From NCBI GenBank assembly GCA_021166725.1, contig JAJPES010000012.1:14635-78634 (forward strand): a DNA stretch of 64,000 bases, read 5' to 3'. Position numbers and translations under genes: made by a program. Positions 40,222 through 49,605 of the stretch are shown piece after piece; position 1 is the stretch's first letter; each line of letters opens with the position of its first letter. The notes under the pieces were generated by a model. It did not search any database and was not told the DNA's origin. It saw only the letters and a list, made by a program, of their open reading frames with translations. This DNA comes from Burkholderiaceae bacterium. GTDB taxonomy: Bacteria; Pseudomonadota; Gammaproteobacteria; Burkholderiales; Burkholderiaceae_E.

Positions 40222-41550
40222 ATGCCTGACAACCTCGCCTCCCTCTGCGCCGTAGACGCCGCCCGCGAAATTCGAGAGCGTCGACTCGGCTGCCTCGACT
40301 ACACCCGGGCGCTGCTGCAACGGATCGACGCGCGCGAGCCGCAGGTGCAGGCCTGGGAGCATCTGGACCGCGAACGGGCACAGCGGGAGGCGCGCGCCGT
40401 CGACGAAGCGATCGCGCGCGGCGACGCCGGTGGCGCGTTGCTCGGCGTGCCGGTCGCGATCAAGGACATCATCGACGTGCGCGGGATGCCCACCGGCGAC
40501 GGCACGGTGCTGCATGCCGGCCGCATCGCCGACGACGATGCGGCGCTGGTGCGCGCGATGCGTCGATCCGGCGCGTGGCCGATCGGCAAGTCGGTGACGA
40601 CCGAGCTCGCCACCTACGCCGCCGGCAGGACGCGCAACCCGCACGACGTCGCCCGTACCCCCGGCGGCTCGTCGAGCGGTTCGGCAGCGGCCGTCGCCTG
40701 CGGCATGGTGCCGCTGGCGATCGGCACGCAGACCAACGGCTCGATGATCCGCCCTGCTTCGTTCTGCGGCGTCGTCGGCTACAAGCCGAGCTTTGGGCGG
40801 ATCGCGCGTGGCGGCGTGCTGCGCCAGTCGCCGACACTCGACCAGATCGGCGTCTTTGCGCGCAACATCGACGATGCTGCCGCGCTGGCCGAGGCGCTGT
40901 TCGGCCCGGATCCTTCCGACCCCGCTACCGCGCAGGCGCCGACGCCGCCGCTGGCGGCAATCGCCGCGCAGGATCCGCCCACGCCGCTGCGCCTGGGCTG
41001 GACGCGCACGCCGTGGTGGGATCGCGTCGCCGCCGATGCGCAGACGGCATTCGAGCGATGGGTGCAGCAGCTCGGCAGCGCCATCCAGGCGATCGAACTT
41101 CCGGCCGACGCGCAGCAGGCGATCGGCTGGCTGCGTGCGATCATGGAAGCCGACATCGCGACATCCTACGAGCGCGAGTACGACACGGGCCGCGCGCAGT
41201 TGTCCGAGTCGCTGCAGCGGCAGATCGAGCGCGGGCGCACGATCACCGCCGTCGACTATCGCAAGGCGATCGAGAACCGCGCACGCGTCGCGGCGGCGAT
41301 CGATCCGCTCTTCGGGCGCTTCGACGCGATCGCCTGCCCCGCCACGCTCGGCACCGCGCCGCCGGCTTCCGAAGGCACCGGCGATCCGCTGATGTGCACG
41401 TTGTGGACCTGTCTCGGCGTGCCGGCGATCAGCCTGCCGCTGCTCGAAGGCGCCGATGGCCTGCCGCTCGGCGTACAGCTCGTCTGCCGGTACGGCGACG
41501 ACGCACGGCTGCTGCGCACGGCGCGCGCACTCATGCAGCGCGCGCGCTGA
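40222..41550 (+). CDS. Amidase signature family enzyme
   Basis: GVPVAIKDII, TPGGSSSGSAAAVA, GTQTNGSMIRPASFCG. Confidence 0.92.
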   Translation: MPDNLASLCAVDAAREIRERRLGCLDYTRALLQRIDAREPQVQAWEHLDRERAQREARAVDEAIARGDAGGALLGVPVAIKDIIDVRGMPTGDGTVLHAGRIADDDAALVRAMRRSGAWPIGKSVTTELATYAAGRTRNPHDVARTPGGSSSGSAAAVACGMVPLAIGTQTNGSMIRPASFCGVVGYKPSFGRIARGGVLRQSPTLDQIGVFARNIDDAAALAEALFGPDPSDPATAQAPTPPLAAIAAQDPPTPLRLGWTRTPWWDRVAADAQTAFERWVQQLGSAIQAIELPADAQQAIGWLRAIMEADIATSYEREYDTGRAQLSESLQRQIERGRTITAVDYRKAIENRARVAAAIDPLFGRFDAIACPATLGTAPPASEGTGDPLMCTLWTCLGVPAISLPLLEGADGLPLGVQLVCRYGDDARLLRTARALMQRAR

Positions 41551-41603
41551 CGCCGACTGCAGTGACTCGCGCACACCCCGCCGCCCTCCGGTACCATGCC
41601 CGG

Positions 41604-41900
41604 ATGAGCTCGATCGACACGCTGTTGCGCCAACTGGCCTCGGCCGGCGAGCCGGCATCGCTGCCCGAGGCGCTCGTCTACCTCAAGACCCGGCTGGGTC
41701 GCGAGGAATCGCGGCGAGCCGAAGCGACGATCCCACGGCGCCTGCGTACGGTGCTCGCCCTCGTCGATGGCCGGCGCAGCGTGCAGGTGCTGCGCACGCT
41801 GCTGCACAGCTACCGCGGCCTCGACGACGCGCTCGACATGCTGCACAAGATGGGCCTCATCGAGCCGCTTCCCGAACGCTGGGATCTCGGCCCGGCCTGA
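41604..41900 (+). CDS. Small conserved hypothetical protein (possible winged helix)
   Basis: VYLKTRLGREE..RLRTVLALVDGRRS..L..MGLIE pattern; host-like codon usage. Confidence 0.65.
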   Translation: MSSIDTLLRQLASAGEPASLPEALVYLKTRLGREESRRAEATIPRRLRTVLALVDGRRSVQVLRTLLHSYRGLDDALDMLHKMGLIEPLPERWDLGPA

Positions 41901-42043
41901 CGCACTCCGCGCGTGACCATCACCACGAGGATGTCGCGCCGATCGCCGATGAAGCTGGCCATCTCCGCATCGTTCCGTGCGACCGGCCCCGGTGAGCCGC
42001 GCAACGGCGCCCGCATGAACCCTCCTCCGGTCGCCGTCTTCGA

Positions 42044-43501
42044 TTGAATCGCCTGCTCGTCATCGCCCACGTGCTGGGCAGCATGCTGATGGTGTTCTCG
42101 GCGACCTTCGCGCTGCCTTTCGCGTGGTCGATCGCCGTCGGCGACGACGCCTATCCGAGCTTTCTCGCAGCCAGCGTCGGCTGCCTCTTCGCCGGCGCGT
42201 TGCTCTGGCTCGCCACGCGACGCTACCGGCGCGAACTCGAGCCGCGCGACGGTTGCCTGCTCGTCGTGCTCGGCTGGCTGACGATGTCGCTGGCGGGCGC
42301 CGTGCCGCTGCTGCTCGAGATCCCCGGCCTGTCGTTCACCGATGCGTATTTCGAAGCGGTGGCCGGCTTGACGACGACCGGCGCGACCATTCTCACCGAC
42401 CTCGATCGGCTGCCGCAATCGGTGAACGTCTGGCGGCACGCGATGCAGTGGTACGGCGGCATGGGGATCATCGTGATGGCGGTGGCGATCCTGCCGCTGC
42501 TCGGTGTCGGCGGCATGCAGTTGTTCCGCAACGAGATGCCCGGGCCGATGAAGGAGAACCGGCTCACGCCGCGCATCACGCAGACCGCGAAATACCTGTG
42601 GCTCGTCTACACGGGCCTCACGGTCGCGTGCATCGTCGCGCTGCACTGGGCGGGGCTCGACTGGTTCGAGTCGGTCTGCCACGCGTTCTCCGCGATGTCG
42701 CTCGGCGGCTTTTCGACGCGCGACGCGAGCATCGCCGGGATCGAGTCGGCCGCGGTCGAAGCAGTGCTCACCGTGTTCATGCTGATCGCGGTGCTGAATT
42801 TCTCCACGCATTTCGTCGCGCTGCGCGAGCGCTCGCTACTCGCCTACTGGCGCGATCCGGAAGCGCCGGCTGTCTGGGGCCTGCTGATCGGCAGCGGGCT
42901 CGCGCTCGGCGTGTACCTGCATTGGACCGGCGAGTATTCGAACCTGGTCGTTTCGCTGCGCCACGCGATGTTCAACACGGTGTCGATCGGCACCACCACC
43001 GGCTTCGTCAGCCAGGACTACGCCGCGTGGCCGCTGTTCGCGCCGCTGTGGCTGCTGTTCCTCGCCTGCGTCGGATCATCCGCCGGCTCCACCGGTGGCG
43101 GCATCAAGATGATCCGCTCGCTGATTCTCATCCGGCAGGCGCGGCGCGAGTTGACGCGCATGGTGCACCCGCGCGCGATCGCTCCGCTCACGCTGAACGG
43201 ACAGATCGTCGACAACCGGATCATCTTCTCGGTGCTCGGCTACATGCTGCTGTGGGGCCTGACCCAACTCGCGCTGGCGATGATCCTGCTCGGCGCCGGC
43301 GAGGACTTCCTCACGGCGGTATCGGCCGCGGTGGCTACCGTGAACAACGTCGGTCCGGCGCTCGGCCGCTACGGGCCCACGAGCAACTACGCGGCGATGA
43401 GCGACTTCGAAACCTGGCTGCTCGCCTTCGCGATGCTCGCCGGCCGCCTCGAACTGCTGACGTTCTTCGTCATCTTCACTCCCGCTTTCTGGCGGAGATG
43501 A
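42044..43501 (+). CDS. trkH: Trk potassium uptake permease TrkH
   Basis: FEAVAGLTTTGAT, GGMGII, SLGGFS, STGGGIK, NNVGP, GRLE. Confidence 0.95.
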   Translation: MNRLLVIAHVLGSMLMVFSATFALPFAWSIAVGDDAYPSFLAASVGCLFAGALLWLATRRYRRELEPRDGCLLVVLGWLTMSLAGAVPLLLEIPGLSFTDAYFEAVAGLTTTGATILTDLDRLPQSVNVWRHAMQWYGGMGIIVMAVAILPLLGVGGMQLFRNEMPGPMKENRLTPRITQTAKYLWLVYTGLTVACIVALHWAGLDWFESVCHAFSAMSLGGFSTRDASIAGIESAAVEAVLTVFMLIAVLNFSTHFVALRERSLLAYWRDPEAPAVWGLLIGSGLALGVYLHWTGEYSNLVVSLRHAMFNTVSIGTTTGFVSQDYAAWPLFAPLWLLFLACVGSSAGSTGGGIKMIRSLILIRQARRELTRMVHPRAIAPLTLNGQIVDNRIIFSVLGYMLLWGLTQLALAMILLGAGEDFLTAVSAAVATVNNVGPALGRYGPTSNYAAMSDFETWLLAFAMLAGRLELLTFFVIFTPAFWRR

Positions 43502-43580
43502 ACCCGGGAGGGGTTTTCCCCGCTGGTGGGCAGATCGCTTGCTACACATACTGCGAAAGCGACAGGAAGGCGATAGGCCT

Positions 43581-43609
43581 TTGCGAAAAGCGGTCTTTCT
43601 CGATAGTAT
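43581..43609 (+). promoter_or_regulatory. Putative sigma70 promoter
   Basis: TTGCGA-N17-TAGTAT in an AT-enriched intergenic patch. Confidence 0.5.
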
Positions 43610-43676
43610 GTACTAACTAATGGGCGACGGCATGCGCCCATCGGAGCAGCAAGGACGACGGTCGGTTCGCGCTTTG

Positions 43677-43705
43677 CTTGAACTTCGCGGCCGGCGACCC
43701 TATTT
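43677..43705 (+). promoter_or_regulatory. Putative sigma32 promoter
   Basis: CTTGAA-N15-CCCTATTT, 24 bp before ATG 43730. Confidence 0.55.
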
Positions 43706-43729
43706 CCCCAGCACTGGGAGAGGTGCCGG

Positions 43730-43978
43730 ATGAACATGATCTACAACAGCTCGAACTACTGCGTCGTCGAGTTTCGCGACACGGAAGGCGGCGACCTCGG
43801 CGGCTTCGAGATCATGGACAAGCTCGGCCGTCGCGAGATCTACCTCGGTGGCGATCTTGCGGAGCATTTCCGCAGCGGCGTGCAGGAACTGATCGAGAGC
43901 GAACCGTCCGAAGAACAGGTGGACGATTTCCTGCGTCGCTTCGAGGGGCTGATGCAGCATCCGCTGGTGTTGCACTGA
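43730..43978 (+). CDS. DUF3567 (BTH_I0359-family) protein
   Basis: MNMIYNS..YCVVEF..GGFEIMDK..REIYLGG..LMQHPLVLH; GAGAGG RBS. Confidence 0.8.
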   Translation: MNMIYNSSNYCVVEFRDTEGGDLGGFEIMDKLGRREIYLGGDLAEHFRSGVQELIESEPSEEQVDDFLRRFEGLMQHPLVLH

Positions 43979-44073
43979 TCCTCGCGGGGCGGCGCACAGC
44001 CGGCCCCGCGCCGAAGCAGCGGCACCCCGCTTGCTTCGACCCCCCACTGCAGTTCGCAGCAAGGGGGTTCGCA

Positions 44074-45762
44074 ATGCCGGCAGTAGAGTCCGGGCCGCGC
44101 GTCGTCGGCGTCAACCGGACGCAGGACGGCAGCATCTGTGTGATGGACGGCTCGCAGGTCGTCTGCTGCATCCAGAAGGAACGGCTCAGCCGCCGCAAGC
44201 ACCACTGGGGCAAGCTCGGCGATCTGAACGATCTCTACCGACCCGCCATTGTCGACCTCCCGGTACGACCGATCGATGCGATCGTCGAGTGCTTCTCGTC
44301 CGATCGCGAGATCGAGCGACTCGACCAGTACAACGACGAACTGCTCGCGGCGCTGAAGCTCGCACCGAATGCGAAACGCGCGCGCATCTCGCATCACCTC
44401 TCGCATCTGTACAGCGTGTTTCCGCCGTCGCCCTTCGAAGAGGCGGCGGTGATGATCGTCGATGGGCAGGGCAGCCCGGCGTCGCAGTTCGACGAGCGCT
44501 GGCCGGGACGGGAGCGCACGCCGGGCCACTGGCGCGAGGTGTCCTCGTTCTACCGGGTCGATCGCAGCGGCCGCGTCGAATGCCTCGACAAGCAGCTGTG
44601 GACCGGTGACGAGAACGAACCGGTCGGCCTCGGCATGTTCTATTTCCTGCTCACGCAGGCGATGTTTCCCGGCGAGGGCAACGAGGGCAAGGTGATGGGT
44701 CTCGCGCCGCACGGCGACCCCGATGCGTTCGGCTTGCCGTCGCTAGACGTGAGCGGTTTCGACGTGACGATTCCGCCCGCCTGGCGCGACATCGTCGCGG
44801 TGCGCCCGCGCTTTCGCTACGACCCGAACGATCGCTCGCGCTTCGACGACGTCGCCAATCTCGCGGCCGCCGGCCAACGCGCGTTCGAGGACGCCTTGCT
44901 GAAGCTCGCCGCGACGCTGCGCGAACGTACCGGCCTGGACGCGCTGTGCTTCGCCGGCGGCACCGGCCTGAACTGCTCGGCCAACGACCGGCTGCTGCGC
45001 GAGTCGCCATTCGCGAGCGTCTTCATTCCGCCTGCGCCGAGCGACGCGGGCACCTCGCTCGGTTGCGCCGTCTATGGACTCACCGAGTTGCTCGGCGAGC
45101 GCTGCGACTGGCGCTGGCGCAACGACTTTCTCGGACCGCCGCCGGGCGACGGCGCGATCGAACGCGCACTGGCAGGCGCCGACGATCTCGTCGTCGAGAA
45201 GCCCGACGACATCGCGCAACGCTTCGTCGACGAGCTGCTCGCCACCCGCGTCGTCGCGCTCTACCAGGGACGCAGCGAATTCGGCCCGCGCGCGCTCGGC
45301 CATCGCAGCATCATCGGCGACCCGCGCGAGGCCGTCGTGCGCGACTGGATCAACGCGCAGGTGAAGGAGCGCGAGTGGTTTCGCCCGCTCGCGCCGATCG
45401 TGCTGCTCGAGCAGGCCGATCGCTGGTTCGACATCCGTCGTCCTTCGCCGTTCATGCAGTTCGCGGCCCCCGTGCACGCGGAGGCGGCGAAGCGCATTCC
45501 GGCCGTCACGCACGTGGACGGTACGGCGCGGCTGCAGACGGTGGGCGACGACGACGACCCGCTGCTGCGCGCGCTGCTGGAAGACTTCGCCGCGCGCACC
45601 GGAGTTCCGGTGCTGCTGAACACGTCGTTCAACCGCCGGGAGGAACCGATCGTCGAGACGCCCGAGCAGGCGCTCGCGTCGTTCCGCCGCATGCCGCTGC
45701 ATTCGATCGCGATGCCGCCGTATTTCGTTCGCAAGCGCTCGGCGCCGGCGGCGATTTCCTGA
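44074..45762 (+). CDS. Carbamoyltransferase (CmcH/NodU/TobZ family)
   Basis: ERLSRRKH, HHLSH, EGKVMGLAPHG, LNCSAN, EFGPRALGHRS, REWFRP, HVDGTARLQTV, LNTSFN. Confidence 0.92.
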   Translation: MPAVESGPRVVGVNRTQDGSICVMDGSQVVCCIQKERLSRRKHHWGKLGDLNDLYRPAIVDLPVRPIDAIVECFSSDREIERLDQYNDELLAALKLAPNAKRARISHHLSHLYSVFPPSPFEEAAVMIVDGQGSPASQFDERWPGRERTPGHWREVSSFYRVDRSGRVECLDKQLWTGDENEPVGLGMFYFLLTQAMFPGEGNEGKVMGLAPHGDPDAFGLPSLDVSGFDVTIPPAWRDIVAVRPRFRYDPNDRSRFDDVANLAAAGQRAFEDALLKLAATLRERTGLDALCFAGGTGLNCSANDRLLRESPFASVFIPPAPSDAGTSLGCAVYGLTELLGERCDWRWRNDFLGPPPGDGAIERALAGADDLVVEKPDDIAQRFVDELLATRVVALYQGRSEFGPRALGHRSIIGDPREAVVRDWINAQVKEREWFRPLAPIVLLEQADRWFDIRRPSPFMQFAAPVHAEAAKRIPAVTHVDGTARLQTVGDDDDPLLRALLEDFAARTGVPVLLNTSFNRREEPIVETPEQALASFRRMPLHSIAMPPYFVRKRSAPAAIS

Positions 45763-45776
45763 CCCGGACCGCACCG

Positions 45777-47135
45777 GTGATCCGCGGTTATCCGCATCGG
45801 CCGAGCGTGAAGCCCGGCGACGTGCTGGTGCTGCACGTGTCGACCGACGTGCGCGCGTTTCGCGTCGCGTTCCATCGCTGGGACGGCGAGTTCGTGGCGA
45901 TGCGCGTATCGGGCTGGCTGCCCGGCACGCATGCGGCCGAGCGCGCGTCCGACCTCGACTGGCAGTGGCCCGCATTCGGGTTTCCCATCCCGCCCGACTG
46001 GCCGTCGGGCGTCTACTTCGCGCACCTTCAGGAGCAGGACCGGGAACCCGAACCGCTCGACGTATCGATGCACAAGGCGGCAGCGCTGTTCGTCGTGCGC
46101 GGTCCCGGGCGCAGTGCGATCGTCTACAAGCTGCCGATCGCGACCTGGCACGCCTACAACTGCACCGGCGGCGCGTGCTTCTACCACGACCCGCCGCGCT
46201 CGCTCGATCCGCCCGGCGCGCGCGTGAGCTGGCGCAGGCCGGGCGGCGGAGTCGGCGGCCTCACCTTCGGCGCGCTCGATCACTACGATGCACGCTCGCC
46301 GCGCCAGACCTTCGCGCACTGGGACGCCGGCTTCATCGCGTGGCTGCGCTGCCAGGGGCACGAGCCCGAGTTCTGCACCGACCTCGACGTGCACGAGGAC
46401 GCCGACCTGCTCGCGCGCCATCGACTGATGCTCAGCGTCGGGCACGACGAATACTGGAGCGAGCCGATGCGCGCGCACGTCGAGCGCTTCGTCGCGCAGG
46501 GCGGCAACGCGTGCTTCTTCGGCGCGAACGTCTGCTGGTGGCGCATCCATCTCGTCGACGACGCCGGTGCGATGGTCTGCCACCAGGGCGGCCCGCGCGG
46601 CGCGCTCGACCAATGGTGGTCCGACGTCGGCGCCGCGCGCCCGGAAGACTCGTTCACCGGAGTCAGTTACCGGCACGGCGGCGGCTGGTGGGACGGCCCG
46701 CGCCAGACGCGCGGCTTCGTCGTGCAGGACGGCAGTCACTGGATCTTCGAAGGCACCCGGCTGCGCACCGGCGACGCGTTCGGCGCGCACACGTCGCCGC
46801 CCGTCATCGGCTACGAATGCGACGGCGCGCCGCTGCAGGCGATCGATGCGCTGCGTGGACGGTACGCGTTGGAGCCGCACGCCGCACGCTGCGGCACGCC
46901 CCCGTGCTTTCGCGTGCTCGCCGTCGGCCCGCTCGACGAACGCTGGCAGGAGCTGCCGCACCGCGAGGGACACGACGCCGGGCAGGGCGTGCACTCGGCC
47001 ACGCTCGGCCTGTACCAGCGCGGCGGAACGGTCTTCACTGCCGGCACCGTGGACTGGGCGCAGGCGCTCGCCGACGGCAGCGACCCGGCCATCGAGCGGA
47101 TCACGCGCAACGTGATCGAACGGCTCGCCGGCTGA
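45777..47135 (+). CDS. N,N-dimethylformamidase beta-subunit-family domain protein
   Basis: GY...SVKPGD.L.LHVST, WPSGVYFA, TWHAYN, VGHDEYWS, FFGANVCWW, IGYECD, VFTAGTVDW; GTG start 14 bp after the previous stop. Confidence 0.75.
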   Translation: MIRGYPHRPSVKPGDVLVLHVSTDVRAFRVAFHRWDGEFVAMRVSGWLPGTHAAERASDLDWQWPAFGFPIPPDWPSGVYFAHLQEQDREPEPLDVSMHKAAALFVVRGPGRSAIVYKLPIATWHAYNCTGGACFYHDPPRSLDPPGARVSWRRPGGGVGGLTFGALDHYDARSPRQTFAHWDAGFIAWLRCQGHEPEFCTDLDVHEDADLLARHRLMLSVGHDEYWSEPMRAHVERFVAQGGNACFFGANVCWWRIHLVDDAGAMVCHQGGPRGALDQWWSDVGAARPEDSFTGVSYRHGGGWWDGPRQTRGFVVQDGSHWIFEGTRLRTGDAFGAHTSPPVIGYECDGAPLQAIDALRGRYALEPHAARCGTPPCFRVLAVGPLDERWQELPHREGHDAGQGVHSATLGLYQRGGTVFTAGTVDWAQALADGSDPAIERITRNVIERLAG

Positions 47136-47139
47136 ACCG

Positions 47140-48981
47140 ATGGCGCGCCCCCCGTCGCCCCGCATCAGCGTATTGATGCCGACCTACGAGCAGCCGGCCT
47201 TCATCGCGCGCGCGCTCGACTCGCTGCATCGGCAGCGCATCTACGACTGGGAACTCCTGCTCGTCGATGCGAGCTTCTCGGACGACACCGCGCGCATCGT
47301 CGATCGCTGGTTGGCCGACTCGCGCATCCGCTACCTGCGCATCCACGAGGCAGGCCTGGGCTTCGCGCTGAACGTGGCACTCGAGCACGCGCTCGCCGAG
47401 CGCATCGCGTACCTGCCGAGCGACGACCTCTGGTACGACGATCACCTGCAGAGCCTCGACACGCTGCTCGACGCGCATCCCGCTGCCGTACTCGCCCATT
47501 CCGGCGTGCGCTACCGCTACAACCGCGAAGCGCCGGGCGCCGTTCCCGGCTTCGCGCTGCAACTCGTGCAGTGCCTGCATCGACGCCTGCCCGAGCGCTG
47601 GGTCGAGCGTGGCGAGATCGAGTCCGACGACCTCGACCGCCTCTACTGGAACCGCCTGCGCGCGCACGGCGCCTTCGTCGGCAGCGAACGCGTCAGCTGC
47701 GAATGGGTCGATCACCCGGCCCAGCGGCACAAGCGCATGCGCGAACCGGTGGGCGGCATCAACCCGTTCCGCCAGTACTACCGGGTGCAGGCGCCGCTGC
47801 GCTTTCACACGACCACCGGCAACTTCATCGACGAGGAGACGCAATACCGCGCGCAGCGCGAACGCCCGGACACCCCGCGCACGCGCGACGGGCTGAAGAT
47901 CCTGCTGGTCGGCGAACTCGCCTACAACGCCGACCGCGTGCTCGCGCTGGAGGAGCGCGGACACGAGCTGCACGGACTGTGGATGCGCGACCCCTACTGG
48001 TACAACACCGTCGGCCCGTTGCCTTTCGGCCACGTGCACGACCTGCCGAGCGACGACTGGCGGCACGCGTTGCGCGAACTGCAGCCGGACCTCATCTACG
48101 CGCTGCTGAACTGGCAGGCGGTGCCCTTCGCGCACGAAGTGATGCGCGAGGCGCACGGCATTCCCTTCGTCTGGCATTTCAAGGAAGGCCCGTTCATCTG
48201 TCTCGAGAAGGGCAGCTGGCCGCAACTCGTCGAGTTGCACCGCCACGCCGACGGACAGATCTTCAGCAGCCCCGAGATGCGCGACTGGTTCGACACCGTC
48301 GTGCCGGGCCTGTCGCGCAGCACGCCGACGCACGTGCTCGACGGCGACCTGCCGCGCGCAGCGTGGTTCGATGGGGAGCCGTCGCCGAAGCGGTCGGCCA
48401 GCGACGGCGAGATCCACACCGTCGTCCCCGGCCGGCCGATCGGCCTGCATCCGCCCGACGTCGCGGCGCTCGCGGGGCAGCGCATCCACCTGCACTTCTA
48501 CGGCGACTTCACGCATGGCCAGTGGCTCGAGTGGATCGCGAAAGCGCACGCGCTCGCGCCGCGGCACCTGCATCTGCACCCGCACGTCGATGCGTCGAAC
48601 TGGGTGCGCGAGTTCTCGCAGTACGACGCCGGCTGGCTGCACGCATTTCGCAGCGTCAACGAGGGCGAGTTGCGCCGCGCGAACTGGGACGACCTGAACT
48701 ACCCGGCGCGGATGACGACGCTGGCTGCGGCCGGCCTGCCGATGATCCAGCAGGCGAATCCGGGTGCGGTCGTGGCGACCGAATCACTCACGCGCCGGCT
48801 CGGCACGGGCGTGTTCTTCGATGCGTTCGACGAACTGGGCGAGGTCCTGCGCGACGAAGATCGGATGCGCAGCTGCGACGAGGCGGTGCGAGCGCACCGC
48901 GAGCTCTTCACCTTCGATTCGCACGTGGATGCGCTGGTGGCGTTCTTTCGCCGCGTGATGCGCGGGGCGTCGAAGCGCTAG
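47140..48981 (+). CDS. Two-domain glycosyltransferase (N-terminal GT2/GT-A plus C-terminal GT-B-like)
   Basis: ISVLMPTY..WELLLVD..AYLPSDD GT2 domain; second domain KILLVGEL..QPDLIY..AAAGLPMI. Confidence 0.75.
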   Translation: MARPPSPRISVLMPTYEQPAFIARALDSLHRQRIYDWELLLVDASFSDDTARIVDRWLADSRIRYLRIHEAGLGFALNVALEHALAERIAYLPSDDLWYDDHLQSLDTLLDAHPAAVLAHSGVRYRYNREAPGAVPGFALQLVQCLHRRLPERWVERGEIESDDLDRLYWNRLRAHGAFVGSERVSCEWVDHPAQRHKRMREPVGGINPFRQYYRVQAPLRFHTTTGNFIDEETQYRAQRERPDTPRTRDGLKILLVGELAYNADRVLALEERGHELHGLWMRDPYWYNTVGPLPFGHVHDLPSDDWRHALRELQPDLIYALLNWQAVPFAHEVMREAHGIPFVWHFKEGPFICLEKGSWPQLVELHRHADGQIFSSPEMRDWFDTVVPGLSRSTPTHVLDGDLPRAAWFDGEPSPKRSASDGEIHTVVPGRPIGLHPPDVAALAGQRIHLHFYGDFTHGQWLEWIAKAHALAPRHLHLHPHVDASNWVREFSQYDAGWLHAFRSVNEGELRRANWDDLNYPARMTTLAAAGLPMIQQANPGAVVATESLTRRLGTGVFFDAFDELGEVLRDEDRMRSCDEAVRAHRELFTFDSHVDALVAFFRRVMRGASKR

Positions 48982-49370
48982 AACTGCTCCCACGGCAGCC
49001 CGTCGTAGCGCCAACCGTTGCTCTTGCCGCGCTGCCGGTCGCTGTTCATGTCGCCTTCGAAGCCGTGCAGGACGTTGTAGACGGCACGGAAGCCGGCCGC
49101 CTCGAGCGCCTCGGCCGCCTCCACCGAGCGTTTGCCGCTGCGGCAGATCAGCACCACGGGGCGGTCGAGCGAGTTGCCGGCGAGCTTCTTCACGTCGGTG
49201 ACGAAGTGCGGATTGAAGTCCCAGTCGGGCGCGTCGTACCACGGCACGTGCATCGACCCGACCGCGTGACCGACGAAGAAATATTCCGGATCGCTGCGGC
49301 AGTCGATGAACAACGCCTCGGGGTTGCCCTGGACGAACTCGTGCGCCTGGCGGGGGAGGAGGTCTTTCAT
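48978..49370 (-). CDS. Rhodanese-like domain protein
   Basis: FIDCRS..E...GH, LICRSGKRS, NVLHGFEG, GWR..GLPW. Confidence 0.9.
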   Translation of the reverse strand: MKDLLPRQAHEFVQGNPEALFIDCRSDPEYFFVGHAVGSMHVPWYDAPDWDFNPHFVTDVKKLAGNSLDRPVVLICRSGKRSVEAAEALEAAGFRAVYNVLHGFEGDMNSDRQRGKSNGWRYDGLPWEQF

Positions 49371-49454
49371 GGCGGAATCGTAGCGGTCGGCGGATCGGCC
49401 CAACTGCTTATTCGCGGCCCTTTGTTGGAAATGCGGTGCGGCGGGTCATGCGAC

Positions 49455-49566
49455 TGTGACTTTTGTCACATCGGGTGACTTTACGAATGACGTGTCCACC
49501 GCCGTCGAGTCTCTCGAGAGTCCTTTCGTTCTCAAGGGCTTGAAAGATTCGGCATGAAGTGTGCTT
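49455..49566 (+). promoter_or_regulatory. Sigma54 promoter with upstream activator palindrome and IHF-like site
   Basis: TGTGACTTTTGTCACA (49455-49470); IHF-like TCTCAAGGGCTTG (49530-49542); GG-N10-GC in CGGCATGAAGTGTGCT (GG 49551, GC 49563). Confidence 0.65.
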
Positions 49567-49605
49567 GAGGGAACCGGGACGAATCGAGAAGACGGAGAAA
49601 CGCGG

